From: an uncultured Mediterraneibacter sp.
GTDB taxonomy: Bacteria > Bacillota > Clostridia > Lachnospirales > Lachnospiraceae
Length of the DNA: 64,000 nt
Direction of reading: 5' to 3'
Assembly (NCBI GenBank): GCA_944383745.1
Contig: CALWQS010000002.1
Span: 2,194-66,193 of the forward strand
The stretch's first letter is position 1; each line of letters begins with the position of its first letter. The position numbers and the translations under genes are program-made. Below are positions 49,493 to 60,170 of the stretch, piece after piece. The notes beneath the pieces were generated by a model. The model had not been told where the DNA came from, did no database searches, and saw only the letters and a list, made by a program, of their open reading frames with translations.

Positions 49493-50689
49493 ATGAATGT
49501 ATTAGTAATCAACTGCGGAAGCTCATCTCTGAAATTCCAGCTGATTAACGCGGAGACAGAGGATGTGCTGGCAAAAGGAATCTGCGAGAGGATCGGGATC
49601 GACGGACGTCTCACATATCAGCCGACAGGCGGAGAGAAGGAGAAGTCAGACAAAGCTATGCCGACGCATACAGAGGCGATCCAGTTTGTAATCGACGCTC
49701 TGACGAACGCAGAGACAGGCGTTGTCAAGAGCCTGGATGAGATCGGCGCTGTCGGACACCGCGTCGTACATGGCGGAGAGAAGTTCGCATCTTCTGTTGT
49801 CATTACAGAGGACGTGAAGAAAGCGATCGAAGAGTGCAATGAGCTTGCGCCGCTCCACAATCCTGCCAACCTGATTGGAATTGAGGCATGCCAGAAGCTG
49901 ATGCCGGGCACGCCGATGGTTGCTGTATTTGACACAGCGTTCCATCAGACAATGCCGGAGAAGGCATATATGTACGGCCTTCCGTATGAGTATTATGAGA
50001 AATATAAAGTGAGACGCTACGGCTTCCACGGGACAAGCCACAGCTATGTCTCAAAGAAGGCTGCGGAAGTGATGGAGAAACCATACGACCAGCTGAAGAC
50101 GATCGTCTGCCACCTGGGCAACGGATCCAGCGTAACCGCTGTTATGAACGGCAAATCCGTGGACACATCAATGGGCCTGACTCCGCTGGAGGGACTGGTC
50201 ATGGGAACGCGCTCCGGAAACATTGATCCTGCGATCATGGAGTATATTGCGGGAAAAGAGAATCTTGATATCGAGGGCGTGATGAATGTACTGAACAAAA
50301 AGTCCGGCGTGTTCGGGCTTTCCGGCGGACTTTCCAGCGATTTCCGCGATCTCACAGATGCGATGAACAGCGGAGATAAGAAAGCGAAGATCGCTATGGA
50401 TGTATTCTCCTACAACGTTGCAAAATATATCGGATCCTATGCGGCTGCGATGAACGGCGTGGACGATATCGTGTTCACTGCAGGGATCGGAGAGAATGAC
50501 GACTATGTAAGAGAGCAGGTCTGCAGCTATCTTGATTACCTGGGCGTTGATTTTGACAAAGAGATAAATACCGGGCTGAGAGGAACTCAGAAGGAGCTTA
50601 CGAAACCGGGATCCAAGGTCAGAGTTTTCGTTATCCCGACAAATGAAGAGCTTGCGATTGCAAGAGAGACGCTTGCGCTTGTAAAATAA
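49493..50689 (+). CDS. ackA: Acetate kinase
   Basis: INCGSSSLK, GHRVVHGG, RYGFHGTSH and FTAGIGEN motifs. Confidence 0.97.
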   Translation: MNVLVINCGSSSLKFQLINAETEDVLAKGICERIGIDGRLTYQPTGGEKEKSDKAMPTHTEAIQFVIDALTNAETGVVKSLDEIGAVGHRVVHGGEKFASSVVITEDVKKAIEECNELAPLHNPANLIGIEACQKLMPGTPMVAVFDTAFHQTMPEKAYMYGLPYEYYEKYKVRRYGFHGTSHSYVSKKAAEVMEKPYDQLKTIVCHLGNGSSVTAVMNGKSVDTSMGLTPLEGLVMGTRSGNIDPAIMEYIAGKENLDIEGVMNVLNKKSGVFGLSGGLSSDFRDLTDAMNSGDKKAKIAMDVFSYNVAKYIGSYAAAMNGVDDIVFTAGIGENDDYVREQVCSYLDYLGVDFDKEINTGLRGTQKELTKPGSKVRVFVIPTNEELAIARETLALVK

Positions 50690-50810
50690 ATCTGAAATGC
50701 CGTCCCGCTTAAGGCAGGGACGGCATTGGTGTGTGTACCTGCCGGATGTAAATAGGGATGATATTTTCGCGCAGGGCAGAAAACTGGTAAAAAACTTGGT
50801 ATTTTTATGG

Positions 50811-50838
50811 TTGACAAACAGGATTTACATGCTATAAT
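50811..50838 (+). promoter_or_regulatory. Sigma-A promoter of yceD-rpmF
   Basis: TTGACA-16 nt-TATAAT with an extended TG. Confidence 0.75.
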
Positions 50839-50867
50839 AGTCTAGGTATGAATAGGAGTAAACAATT

Positions 50868-51395
50868 ATGTTAATTAACCTATCAGACGTTTTGTCAGAC
50901 CAGCATAAAGCGGTTGAAGAGACTGTGCGGCTGGAGATGGAAGAGATCCGGATGAAGTCCGGAACCTACCCCATTGTCAGCAAGGAGCCGGTTCATGTGA
51001 GCGTGGAGCATATAAGGGGAAAGGAACTGCTCATTAAGGCAGATGCCAGACTGACTGTTGTAATTCCATGCGACAGATGCCTGGAAGATGTCAGGCAGAA
51101 ATTTGTATTAGACTTTACAAAACATGTGGACGTAGGCCTCTCCGACGCAGAACTGACAGAGGAGCTGGATGAATCAAGCTTTATTGACGGATATCATCTT
51201 GACGTGGACAAATTGCTCTATAATGAGATTTTGTCAGGCTGGCCGACGAAAGTTCTCTGCAGGGAAGACTGCAGAGGATTATGCAGAATATGCGGCCGGA
51301 ACCTGAATACGGGGTCCTGCGACTGCGAAGATCCGGGACTTGATCCGAGAATGTCAGTTGTCCGTGACTTATTTAAGAATTTTAAGGAGGTGTAA
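50868..51395 (+). CDS. DUF177/YceD family protein
   Basis: CDRCL, CREDCRGLCRICG and DPR motifs; precedes rpmF. Confidence 0.92.
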   Translation: MLINLSDVLSDQHKAVEETVRLEMEEIRMKSGTYPIVSKEPVHVSVEHIRGKELLIKADARLTVVIPCDRCLEDVRQKFVLDFTKHVDVGLSDAELTEELDESSFIDGYHLDVDKLLYNEILSGWPTKVLCREDCRGLCRICGRNLNTGSCDCEDPGLDPRMSVVRDLFKNFKEV

Positions 51396-51398
51396 CCT

Positions 51399-51578
51399 AT
51401 GTCAATCTGTCCAAAGAATAAATCTTCTAAAGCAAGAAGAGATAAAAGAAGAGCCAACTGGAAGATGAGCGCTCCGAATCTTGTAAAGTGCAGCAAATGC
51501 GGCGAGCTGATGATGCCTCACCGTGTATGCAAGGCATGCGGAGCTTACAACAAACGCGAAATCATTTCCGTTGACTAA
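51399..51578 (+). CDS. rpmF: 50S ribosomal protein L32
   Basis: Absent from the ORF track (59 aa). Translates to MSICPKNKSSKARRDKRRANW...CSKC...PHRVCKACG, after AAGGAGG. Confidence 0.96.
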   Translation: MSICPKNKSSKARRDKRRANWKMSAPNLVKCSKCGELMMPHRVCKACGAYNKREIISVD

Positions 51579-51594
51579 TGACAAGCTTGCAGAG

Positions 51595-51629
51595 AGGGCG
51601 TAAAAACTTTGTGTTTTACGCCTTTTTTT
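51595..51629 (+). terminator. Terminator after rpmF
   Basis: AGGGCGTAAAA...TTTTACGCCTT followed by a T-run. Confidence 0.75.
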
Positions 51630-51687
51630 GTTGATTTTTATATTGATTTCCAGTAGAATTAGTTCAGTAGTGTTAGGAGGAGAAGAT

Positions 51688-52734
51688 ATGTCTGATATTA
51701 CGAAAGTCGCTCTTGACGCGATGGGCGGAGACAATGCGCCCGGAGAGATCGTCAAGGGGGCGGTGGAGGCTGTCGGCAGGAGGAAGGATATCAAGATCTT
51801 TCTGACGGGAAAAGAAGACCGTCTGCGGAAAGAGCTTTCACAGTATACTTATCCGAAGGAGCAGATCGAGATCGTGAATGCGACGGAAGTGATCGAGACT
51901 GCCGAACCTCCGGTAAAGGCGATCCGCGGAAAGAAAGATTCATCGATTGTAGTGGCAATGAAGATGGTGAAGAATGGGGAAGCGGATGCCTTTGTCTCGG
52001 CGGGAAGCACCGGCGCCGTACTCGTAGGAGGACAGGTGCTCGTCGGAAGGATCAAGGGAGTGGAGAGACCTCCGCTGGCGCCCCTTCTTCCGACTCTGAA
52101 AGGCGTTTCGCTGCTGATCGACTGCGGGGCAAACGTAGATGCCAGACCGTCCCATCTTGTACAGTTTGCCAAGATGGGTTCAATTTATATGGAGAGCGTC
52201 ATGGGAAAGAAGAATCCGACTGTCGGTATCGTGAATATCGGCGCGGAGGAGGAGAAGGGAAATGCCCTTGTGAAGGAGACCTTCCCTCTTCTCAAGGCAT
52301 GCACGGATATCAATTTTATCGGCAGCGTGGAGGCGAGAGATATCCCATACGGCGCGGCAGATGTCATCGTCTGTGAAGCATTTGTGGGGAATGTGATCCT
52401 CAAGCTGTATGAAGGAGTGGGAGGAGCCCTGCTCAAGAAAGTAAAGAGCGGATTGATGACGAATCTGCGGAGCAAGATCGGTGCATTGCTCGTAAAACCT
52501 GCGCTGAAGGCTACGATGAAAGATTTTGACGCGAGCGAGTATGGCGGGGCACCGCTTCTTGGGCTGAACGGTCTGGTTGTGAAGACACATGGAAGTTCTA
52601 CTTCCACAGAGGTGTGCAATTCAATTATTCAGTGCGTCACATTCAAACAACAGAATATCAACGGGAAAATAAGGGCAGCCATTCAGGGGGCGCAGGATGA
52701 AGAAAAAGAAAAGAGTGTAGGAGGAGCAAAGTGA
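51688..52734 (+). CDS. plsX: Phosphate acyltransferase
   Basis: DAMGGDNAP, DCGAN, NIGAEEEKG and YGGAPLLG motifs. Start at ATG 51688. Confidence 0.96.
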   Translation: MSDITKVALDAMGGDNAPGEIVKGAVEAVGRRKDIKIFLTGKEDRLRKELSQYTYPKEQIEIVNATEVIETAEPPVKAIRGKKDSSIVVAMKMVKNGEADAFVSAGSTGAVLVGGQVLVGRIKGVERPPLAPLLPTLKGVSLLIDCGANVDARPSHLVQFAKMGSIYMESVMGKKNPTVGIVNIGAEEEKGNALVKETFPLLKACTDINFIGSVEARDIPYGAADVIVCEAFVGNVILKLYEGVGGALLKKVKSGLMTNLRSKIGALLVKPALKATMKDFDASEYGGAPLLGLNGLVVKTHGSSTSTEVCNSIIQCVTFKQQNINGKIRAAIQGAQDEEKEKSVGGAK

Positions 52735-52964
52735 TGGAATTTGAAAAACTGCAGGACATTATAGCGGATGTGTTGAATGTTCAGAAAGAAGATATCAGAC
52801 CGGAGACAACCTTTGTGGATGATCTGGGAGCGGATTCGCTTGATATTTTCCAGATCATCATGGGAATCGAAGAAGAGTTCGATATTGAGATCGACAATGA
52901 TGAAGCAGAGAAAATAGTGACTGTACAGGATGCGGTCGATCAGATCAAGAAGGCTGTAGAATAA
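52734..52964 (+). CDS. acpP: Acyl carrier protein
   Basis: DLGADSLD motif. Start is GTG 52731 or ATG 52734. Confidence 0.96.
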   Translation: MEFEKLQDIIADVLNVQKEDIRPETTFVDDLGADSLDIFQIIMGIEEEFDIEIDNDEAEKIVTVQDAVDQIKKAVE

Positions 52965-52976
52965 TAAGCTGACAGT

Positions 52977-53000
52977 GAAAAAGCCCTCAGGGGCTTTTTC
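52977..53000 (+). terminator. Terminator after acpP
   Basis: GAAAAAGCCC-TCAG-GGGCTTTTTC. Confidence 0.75.
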
Positions 53001-53037
53001 CTTTTCACGATAAAACCAAAAGAAGGCAGGAACAGTT

Positions 53038-53727
53038 ATGGAACACAGATTAAGAGAACTGGAGCGGAAGATCGGCTATACCTTTCATGATTTTTCTCTT
53101 TTGAAGCGGGCAATGATGCACAGCTCTTATACGAATGAGAAGCATATGGAAAAATACCAGTGCAATGAGAGGCTGGAATTTTTGGGAGACGCCGTGCTTG
53201 AGCTTGTATCCAGTGAATTTCTCTTTAAAGAGTCACCGAAGGTGTCGGAGGGGGAACTCACCAAGACGCGGGCGAGCATGGTATGCGAGCCGTCTCTTGC
53301 GCTCTGCGCGCGCGACATCGGCCTGGGGGACTACCTTCTTCTCGGGAAAGGGGAAGAGGCTACCGGCGGGAGAAAGCGGGACTCTATCACATCGGATGCC
53401 ATGGAGGCCCTGATCGGGGCGATCTATCTTGACGGTGGTTTTACTAATGCAAAAGAGTTTATTCACCGCTTTGTGCTGACAGATCTGGAGGACAAGAAGC
53501 TCTTTTATGATAGTAAAACTATCTTGCAGGAGATCGTACAGGCTGATAAGAACGAGGAGATTTCTTATCATCTTATCCGGGAAGAAGGGCCGGATCACAA
53601 CAAATCCTTCTATGTAGAAGTAAAGATCGGGCAGAAGAGTTATGGATCCGGACAGGGGCGGACGAAAAAGGCGGCGGAACAGAAGGCTGCATATGAGGCG
53701 ATTCTGAAACTCAGAAAGCAGAAGTAA
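53038..53727 (+). CDS. rnc: Ribonuclease III
   Basis: NERLEFLGDAVL, EALIGAIYLD and a dsRBD. Confidence 0.97.
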   Translation: MEHRLRELERKIGYTFHDFSLLKRAMMHSSYTNEKHMEKYQCNERLEFLGDAVLELVSSEFLFKESPKVSEGELTKTRASMVCEPSLALCARDIGLGDYLLLGKGEEATGGRKRDSITSDAMEALIGAIYLDGGFTNAKEFIHRFVLTDLEDKKLFYDSKTILQEIVQADKNEEISYHLIREEGPDHNKSFYVEVKIGQKSYGSGQGRTKKAAEQKAAYEAILKLRKQK

Positions 53728-53738
53728 GCGGGTGTTAT

Positions 53739-56700
53739 ATGTATTTAAAGAGCATAGAGGTGCAGGGGTTTAAGTCCTTTGCAAACAAGATCAAATTTGA
53801 CTTTCATAACGGGATCACAGGGATCGTCGGCCCGAACGGCAGCGGAAAAAGCAATGTCGCGGACGCGGTGCGCTGGGTGCTGGGAGAGCAGCGCGTAAAG
53901 CAGCTCCGCGGAGGGAGCATGCAGGACGTTATCTTCTCCGGCACGGAGAACCGCAGGCCCCTGAGCTATGCTTCGGTGGCGATCACGCTGGACAATTCAG
54001 ATCATAAGCTGCCGGTGGAGTTCGAGGAAGTCACCGTGACCAGAAAGCTGTACCGTTCCGGCGAGAGCGAATATCTGATCAACGGCGCTGCATGCCGCCT
54101 GAAGGATATCAATGAGATGTTCTATGACACGGGTATCGGAAAAGAGGGCTACTCGATTATCGGACAGGGACAGATCGATAAGATCCTGAGCGGAAAGCCT
54201 GAAGAGCGCCGGGAGCTTTTTGACGAGGCTGCGGGGATCGTGAAGTTTAAGAGACGCAAGACGCTGTCACTGAAGAAGCTGGAAGAAGAGCGCATGAACC
54301 TGACACGTGTCAATGATATCCTGTCAGAGCTGGAGAAGCAGCTCGGCCCTCTGGAGAAGCAGTCGGAGACCGCTCGGGAATATCTGAAGAAAAAAGAAGA
54401 GCTGAAGGTCTTTGATATCAATATGTTCCTTCTGGAGGAAGAGCGGCTCAGGGAGCGGATCAGAGAAACTGCGGAGAAATACGAGAACGCCTCGTCTGAG
54501 ATGGAGACTTCCAGCGCGCGCTATGAAGAGATGAAGGCGGAGTATGAGAGGATCGAGGAAGAGGTCGAAGAGATTGATCTCGCGATTGAGAATGCGAAGA
54601 ATCAGCTCAATGAGACCAATCTTCTGAAGCAGCAGCTGGAGGGGCAGATCAATGTCCTGAAGGAGCAGATCAATACGGCGCGCATGAACGACGAGCACTA
54701 TGACAGGCGCCTGAGCACGATCCGCGGGGAGATCGATGCAAAAGCAGGACAGAGAAAGGCGTTTGAGGAAGAGCGGGACGAAGTGCAGAGAAAGCTGGCG
54801 GAAGTCTCGGGACAGGATAAAGAGGCGGCAGAACAGCTGATCATTGTGCAGACACGGATCGCGGAGAATACGGCAGCGATCGAGAGCGGGAAGCAGGAGA
54901 TCATGGAGCTTTTGGGGAATCGGGCTTCTACAAAGGCGAAGATCCAGCACTACGATACGACGAGAGAGCAGATCGCTTCCAGGAAGGCTGTCCTGGCAAG
55001 AAATATCCTGGAGATCTCATCCGAGGCGGAGGAGCAGAATGACAGCCTCAGGAAATATGAGGCTGAGCTGAAGAGCGTCAGGAGCAGGATCGCAGAATGC
55101 AGCAGGCGGATTGCGGAGGACGAAGATGAGATTGAAAGGCTCCGGAAGGAGCTTGCCGATAAGCAGGAAAAGCTGAAGATCGGGCAGACTGCCTATCACA
55201 GAGAGGCGTCCCGCCTGGAGTCTCTGAAAAACATCACGGAGCGCTATGACGGCTATGGGAACAGCATCCGAAAGGTGATGGCAAACAGAGACCGGGAGAA
55301 GGGCCTGCTCGGCGTAGTCGCGGATATCATAAAAGTGGATAAAGAGTACGAGATCGCTGTGGAGACAGCGCTCGGCGGAAACATACAGAACATCGTGACG
55401 GATACGGAAGAGACGGCAAAGCGGATGATCGCATTCCTGAAGAAAAATAAGTTCGGGCGGGCGACTTTCCTTCCGCTTACGAGCATGCGCGGGAGCGGGG
55501 GAATCCGCCAGGAGGAAGCGCTCCGTGAGCCGGGAGTTATCGGGCTTGCCAACACGCTCGTGCACGTTGAGAAGCGTTTCGAAGGGCTTGCTGATCAGCT
55601 CCTGGGACGGACGATCGTCGTGGATCACATTGACCACGGCATCGCGATCGCGAGAAAATACCGGCAGTCGCTCCGGCTTGTGACTCTGGAAGGAGAGCTG
55701 ATCAATCCGGGCGGGTCAATGACCGGAGGTGCGTTCAAAAATTCCAGCAATCTTCTGAGCAGGCGCAGGGAGATCGAAGAATTTGAGAAGACGGTATCCA
55801 TGCTCCGCTCGGATATGGATGAGATGGAGAAGGCGGTGGAGGAGATTAAAGCCTCCAGGACTTCCTTCTATAACGAGATCGATCAGCTGCGGCAGGAGCT
55901 GCGCGAGGCGTCCGTCGACGAGAATACGGCGAAGATGAACGTAGAGCAGATCCAGGTGCGGCAGCTTGAGGCAAAGCGCCGGTACGACGCTATTTTGAAG
56001 GAGCAGGAAGGCCTGGCGGAGGAACTGCGGGAGATCGCGGACAATGAAGAATCGATCCAGATGGAGCTTGAGACATCGGAAAATCTGGAGAGAGAGCTGA
56101 ATGAAAAGATTGAAGCCATGCAGAAGGCTCTGGAGAAGGAGAGGGAAATCGAGGCTGTCCAGCTGAAGCAGTCAGAGGAAATGCATCTCTCGCTGGCAGG
56201 CCTGGAGCAGCAGAGCTCTTTCATCCGGGAAAATATCCAGCGTATCGAAGAAGAGACCGCAAAGCTGGAGCAGGAGCTGGAGGAGCTGAGCCAGAATAAA
56301 GGAAACGCTTCCGAAGAGATCCGCGGGAAAGAGAAGAAGATCCGGGAACTGCAGGAGACAATACAGGGATCAGGAGAACTGTTCCTTGAGATTGAAGAGG
56401 AAATCAGGCAACAGACCGCTACCAGGGAAGAACTGAACCGGCGGCATAAAGGTTTCCTGCAGCAGAGGGAAGAGCTCTCCGAGCATATCTCGGCACTGGA
56501 TAAGGAGTGCTTCCGTCTGAACAGCCAGAAGGAATCCTACGAGGAGGCTTCGGAAAAGCAGATCAATTATATGTGGGAGGAATATGAGCTCACATACAAC
56601 CGCGCCATGGAACTTCGGAATGCGGACCTGACTGATCTCGCATACATGAAGCGAAGAATACAGGAGCTGAAAAACGAGATCCGCAAGCTGGGGAATGTCA

Positions 56701-57299
56701 ACGTCAATGCGATTGAAGACTTCAAGAGCGTATCAGAGCGTTATACTTTCCTCAAAGGGCAGCACGATGATCTCGTGGAGGCGGAAGCGTCTCTTGTCCA
56801 GATCATCGACGAGCTGGACGAGGCAATGAGAAAGCAGTTCGCGGAGCAGTTCGCGCGCATCGCACAGGAGTTTAACCTTGTGTTCCGCCAGCTGTTCGGC
56901 GGGGGAAAAGGAACGCTGGAGCTGATGGAGGAAGAGGATATTCTGGAGGCGGGGATCCGGATTGTCGCCCAGCCTCCGGGCAAAAAGCTGCAGAATATGA
57001 TGCAGCTCTCGGGCGGCGAGAAGGCGCTGACGGCCATCTCCCTTCTGTTCGCAATCCAGAACTTGAAGCCGTCCCCGTTCTGTCTGCTGGATGAGATCGA
57101 GGCGGCTCTGGACGACAATAATGTCACCCGGTTTGCGCAGTATCTGCACAAGCTGACCAAGAATACACAGTTCATCGTGATCACCCACAGGAGGGGCACG
57201 ATGGCGTCTGCTGACCGGCTCTACGGAATCACCATGCAGGAGAAGGGCGTCTCCACGCTCGTCTCGGTAGATCTTCTTGAGGATGAGCTGGACAAGTAG
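53739..57299 (+). CDS. smc: Chromosome segregation protein SMC
   Basis: GPNGSGKSN, hinge [13 protein letters not shown] and LDEIEAALD motifs. Confidence 0.98.
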   Translation: MYLKSIEVQGFKSFANKIKFDFHNGITGIVGPNGSGKSNVADAVRWVLGEQRVKQLRGGSMQDVIFSGTENRRPLSYASVAITLDNSDHKLPVEFEEVTVTRKLYRSGESEYLINGAACRLKDINEMFYDTGIGKEGYSIIGQGQIDKILSGKPEERRELFDEAAGIVKFKRRKTLSLKKLEEERMNLTRVNDILSELEKQLGPLEKQSETAREYLKKKEELKVFDINMFLLEEERLRERIRETAEKYENASSEMETSSARYEEMKAEYERIEEEVEEIDLAIENAKNQLNETNLLKQQLEGQINVLKEQINTARMNDEHYDRRLSTIRGEIDAKAGQRKAFEEERDEVQRKLAEVSGQDKEAAEQLIIVQTRIAENTAAIESGKQEIMELLGNRASTKAKIQHYDTTREQIASRKAVLARNILEISSEAEEQNDSLRKYEAELKSVRSRIAECSRRIAEDEDEIERLRKELADKQEKLKIGQTAYHREASRLESLKNITERYDGYGNSIRKVMANRDREKGLLGVVADIIKVDKEYEIAVETALGGNIQNIVTDTEETAKRMIAFLKKNKFGRATFLPLTSMRGSGGIRQEEALREPGVIGLANTLVHVEKRFEGLADQLLGRTIVVDHIDHGIAIARKYRQSLRLVTLEGELINPGGSMTGGAFKNSSNLLSRRREIEEFEKTVSMLRSDMDEMEKAVEEIKASRTSFYNEIDQLRQELREASVDENTAKMNVEQIQVRQLEAKRRYDAILKEQEGLAEELREIADNEESIQMELETSENLERELNEKIEAMQKALEKEREIEAVQLKQSEEMHLSLAGLEQQSSFIRENIQRIEEETAKLEQELEELSQNKGNASEEIRGKEKKIRELQETIQGSGELFLEIEEEIRQQTATREELNRRHKGFLQQREELSEHISALDKECFRLNSQKESYEEASEKQINYMWEEYELTYNRAMELRNADLTDLAYMKRRIQELKNEIRKLGNVNVNAIEDFKSVSERYTFLKGQHDDLVEAEASLVQIIDELDEAMRKQFAEQFARIAQEFNLVFRQLFGGGKGTLELMEEEDILEAGIRIVAQPPGKKLQNMMQLSGGEKALTAISLLFAIQNLKPSPFCLLDEIEAALDDNNVTRFAQYLHKLTKNTQFIVITHRRGTMASADRLYGITMQEKGVSTLVSVDLLEDELDK

Positions 57300-57326
57300 G
57301 ATACCACAGGAAAGAGAGGAAATAGA

Positions 57327-58259
57327 ATGGCGGAGAAACAAGGTTTTTTTAAACGTCTCGTGTCTGGGCTGACAAAGACCAGAGACAATATTGTGTCCGG
57401 GATGGACAGCATTTTCCACGGTTTTTCAAAGATTGACGACGAGTTCTACGATGAACTGGAAGAGACGCTGATCATGGGAGATCTGGGTGTAAGGGCGACG
57501 ATGAACATCCTGGAGGACCTGAAGGAGAAGGTAAAGGCACAGCATATCAAGGAACCGGCGGAGTGCCGTCAGCTCTTGATCGACAGCATCAAAGAGCAGA
57601 TGGACGTTGGAGAGACAGCCTATGAGTTCGAGGACAGGACTTCTGTTGTGTTTGTGATCGGCGTCAACGGAGTCGGAAAGACGACCACGATCGGGAAGCT
57701 CGCAGGCAAGCTGCGCGCCCAGGACAAGAAGGTAGTCCTCGCCGCTGCGGATACATTCCGCGCGGCGGCGGGAGAGCAGCTGAGGGAATGGGCGAACCGC
57801 GCCGGAGTGGACATGATCGGCGGGCAGGAAGGCGCGGATCCCGCTTCCGTCGTATATGACGCGGTGGCCGCCGCAAAGGCGAGAAAGGCGGACGTGCTGC
57901 TCTGCGATACCGCAGGGCGCCTGCACAATAAGAAGAATCTGATGGAGGAGCTGAAGAAGATCAACCGCGTGATCGACCGGGAATATCCGGAAGCCTTCCG
58001 TGAGACGCTGGTCGTTCTCGACGCCACCACGGGACAGAACGCTCTGGCGCAGGCAAGGGAGTTCAATGAAGCGGCGGACATCACAGGCGTGATCCTCACG
58101 AAGATGGACGGGACTGCCAAGGGCGGGATCGCGGTCGCGATCCAGGCGGAGCTGGGAATCCCCGTCAAATATATCGGTGTGGGAGAGACGATCGACGACC
58201 TGCAGAAATTTGACTCAGAGGAATTTGTAAACGCACTGTTCTACCGGGAAGAGGAATGA
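57327..58259 (+). CDS. ftsY: SRP receptor FtsY (NG domain only)
   Basis: GVNGVGKTTT, DTFRAAA, DTAGR and TKMDGTAKGG motifs. Confidence 0.97.
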   Translation: MAEKQGFFKRLVSGLTKTRDNIVSGMDSIFHGFSKIDDEFYDELEETLIMGDLGVRATMNILEDLKEKVKAQHIKEPAECRQLLIDSIKEQMDVGETAYEFEDRTSVVFVIGVNGVGKTTTIGKLAGKLRAQDKKVVLAAADTFRAAAGEQLREWANRAGVDMIGGQEGADPASVVYDAVAAAKARKADVLLCDTAGRLHNKKNLMEELKKINRVIDREYPEAFRETLVVLDATTGQNALAQAREFNEAADITGVILTKMDGTAKGGIAVAIQAELGIPVKYIGVGETIDDLQKFDSEEFVNALFYREEE

Positions 58260-58308
58260 GATCCCTGCCACGGAAGAGAAGACTGATGATAGAAGGAAGG
58301 ATAAAAGA

Positions 58309-59523
58309 ATGTTGACATTGGAAAAGTTTGAGGAAGCGAGCGAACTGGTCAAACGGGTGACAAACCCCACGAAGCTGATCTACAGCGATTATCTGAGCGA
58401 GCAGTCCGGGGGAAAAGTGTATCTGAAGCCGGAGAACATGCAGCACACAGGAGCCTACAAGATCAGGGGGGCATACTATAAGATCAGCACGCTGTCCGAT
58501 GAAGAGCGGGAGAGAGGACTGATCACGGCTTCTGCGGGCAACCACGCACAGGGCGTTGCTTTTGCGGCGAAGAAGTTCGGGTGTAAAGCGACGATCGTGA
58601 TGCCGACGGTGACCCCTCTGATCAAGGTGAACCGGACAAAGAGCTATGGGGCGGAGGTCGTGCTCTACGGCGATGTATACGATGACGCTTACGCCTACGC
58701 ATGCGAGCTGGCGGAGAAAAACGGATATACTTTCGTACATCCGTTCAACGACCTGGATGTGGCGGCAGGACAGGGGACGATCGCAATGGAGATCGTACAG
58801 GAGCTGCCGACAGTGGATTATATCCTTGTGCCCGTGGGCGGAGGCGGCCTGATCACCGGCGTGTCCACGCTGGCAAAGATGCTGAACCCGAAGATCAAGG
58901 TCATCGGAGTGGAACCCGCGGAGGCTGCAAGCATGACAGCGGCACTTCAGGCGGGAGAGCCGGTGGAGCTTGAGAGCGCCAATACGATCGCGGACGGCAC
59001 GGCTGTGAAGGCAGTGGGAGACAAGCTTCTTCCCTACGTGCAGGAGAATGTGGACGACATGCTTCTTGTGGAGGACGACGAGCTGATCGGAGCTTTTCTC
59101 GATATGGTAGAGAACCATAAGATGATTGTGGAAAATTCCGGCCTGCTCTCGGTTGCGGCGCTCAAGCAGCTTGACTGCAGAGGGAAAAAAGTCGTCTGTG
59201 TCTTAAGCGGAGGAAACATGGACGTGATTACAATGTCGTCCATTGTACAGCACGGACTGATCCAGAGAGACCGTATCTTCTCTGTCTCAGTACTCCTTCC
59301 GGACAAGCCGGGCGAGCTCGTCCAGGTGGCAAAAACGATTGCGGATGAACAGGGTAATGTGATCAAGCTGGAGCACAACCAGTTTGTCAGCACGAATAGA
59401 AATGCCGCTGTAGAGCTGCGCATCACAATGGAAGCATTCGGGACAGAGCATAAGAAAAAGATCCTGGACGCACTTGAGAAAAAGGGCTTCAGACCGAAGC
59501 TGATCAGTGCAAAGCTGTATTGA
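58309..59523 (+). CDS. ilvA: Threonine ammonia-lyase with one ACT domain
   Basis: ENMQHTGAYKIRG, ASAGNHAQG, GGGGL, SGGN and C-terminal LPDKPG motifs. Confidence 0.92.
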   Translation: MLTLEKFEEASELVKRVTNPTKLIYSDYLSEQSGGKVYLKPENMQHTGAYKIRGAYYKISTLSDEERERGLITASAGNHAQGVAFAAKKFGCKATIVMPTVTPLIKVNRTKSYGAEVVLYGDVYDDAYAYACELAEKNGYTFVHPFNDLDVAAGQGTIAMEIVQELPTVDYILVPVGGGGLITGVSTLAKMLNPKIKVIGVEPAEAASMTAALQAGEPVELESANTIADGTAVKAVGDKLLPYVQENVDDMLLVEDDELIGAFLDMVENHKMIVENSGLLSVAALKQLDCRGKKVVCVLSGGNMDVITMSSIVQHGLIQRDRIFSVSVLLPDKPGELVQVAKTIADEQGNVIKLEHNQFVSTNRNAAVELRITMEAFGTEHKKKILDALEKKGFRPKLISAKLY

Positions 59524-59580
59524 TGACAGGCCGCTGCGGGATCACCGGCCGTATCCAGAAATAGCGAAAGGAAGCGGGTC

Positions 59581-60066
59581 ATGAATCAGAGAAAGCCAAA
59601 AAAAGGAGAACTGTACAGGCACTTCAGAGGAAAACAGTACCGTGTGCTGTATCTCGCGGTCTGTGCGGAGACAAAGGAAGAGATGGTCGTCTACGAGGAA
59701 GACAAGGGAGAGCACAGGGTCTATGTCAGTTCTGTCGCTTCTTTTACAAGAGCAGTCAACAGGGAGAGATATCCGGACGCGCGGCAGGAATACCGCTTTG
59801 AGCTGTGCGGGGACGGGCAGGAGAAGAAGCAGGACGGACGGAAAAGCGAAAAAGAGATGATCCTCGCGTTTCTCGACCTGAATGAAAACGAGGAGCGCGC
59901 CGAGTTCCTGCAGAAGCACAGGGCGGTGCTTACGGACCGGTTCCTTACGGCTGCGGCAGAGAGCATGGAGTTTGCGGAGAATGCGGACACGCTGGAAGAA
60001 AGATATGCCGAGCTGATGCGGTTCCTGAGGACAAAGATGAAATACGAGAGCAGACGGCTCCGGTGA
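59581..60066 (+). CDS. DUF1653 domain protein
   Basis: YRHFRGKQY, ETKEEMVVY and QEYRFE motifs, plus a helical C-terminal extension. Confidence 0.75.
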   Translation: MNQRKPKKGELYRHFRGKQYRVLYLAVCAETKEEMVVYEEDKGEHRVYVSSVASFTRAVNRERYPDARQEYRFELCGDGQEKKQDGRKSEKEMILAFLDLNENEERAEFLQKHRAVLTDRFLTAAAESMEFAENADTLEERYAELMRFLRTKMKYESRRLR

Positions 60067-60111
60067 GGAAGGAAGAAGGAGCAGGCGGGAACAGCCTGCA
60101 TAGAACCGGGC

Positions 60112-60167
60112 GATAAAAGACAGGCCGCAGAGGAAATGGAGGTTTCCCCTGCGGCCTGTCTTTTATC
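60112..60167. terminator. Bidirectional terminator
   Basis: GATAAAAGACAGGCCGCAG...CTGCGGCCTGTCTTTTATC between convergent genes. Confidence 0.8.
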
Positions 60168-60170
60168 ATC

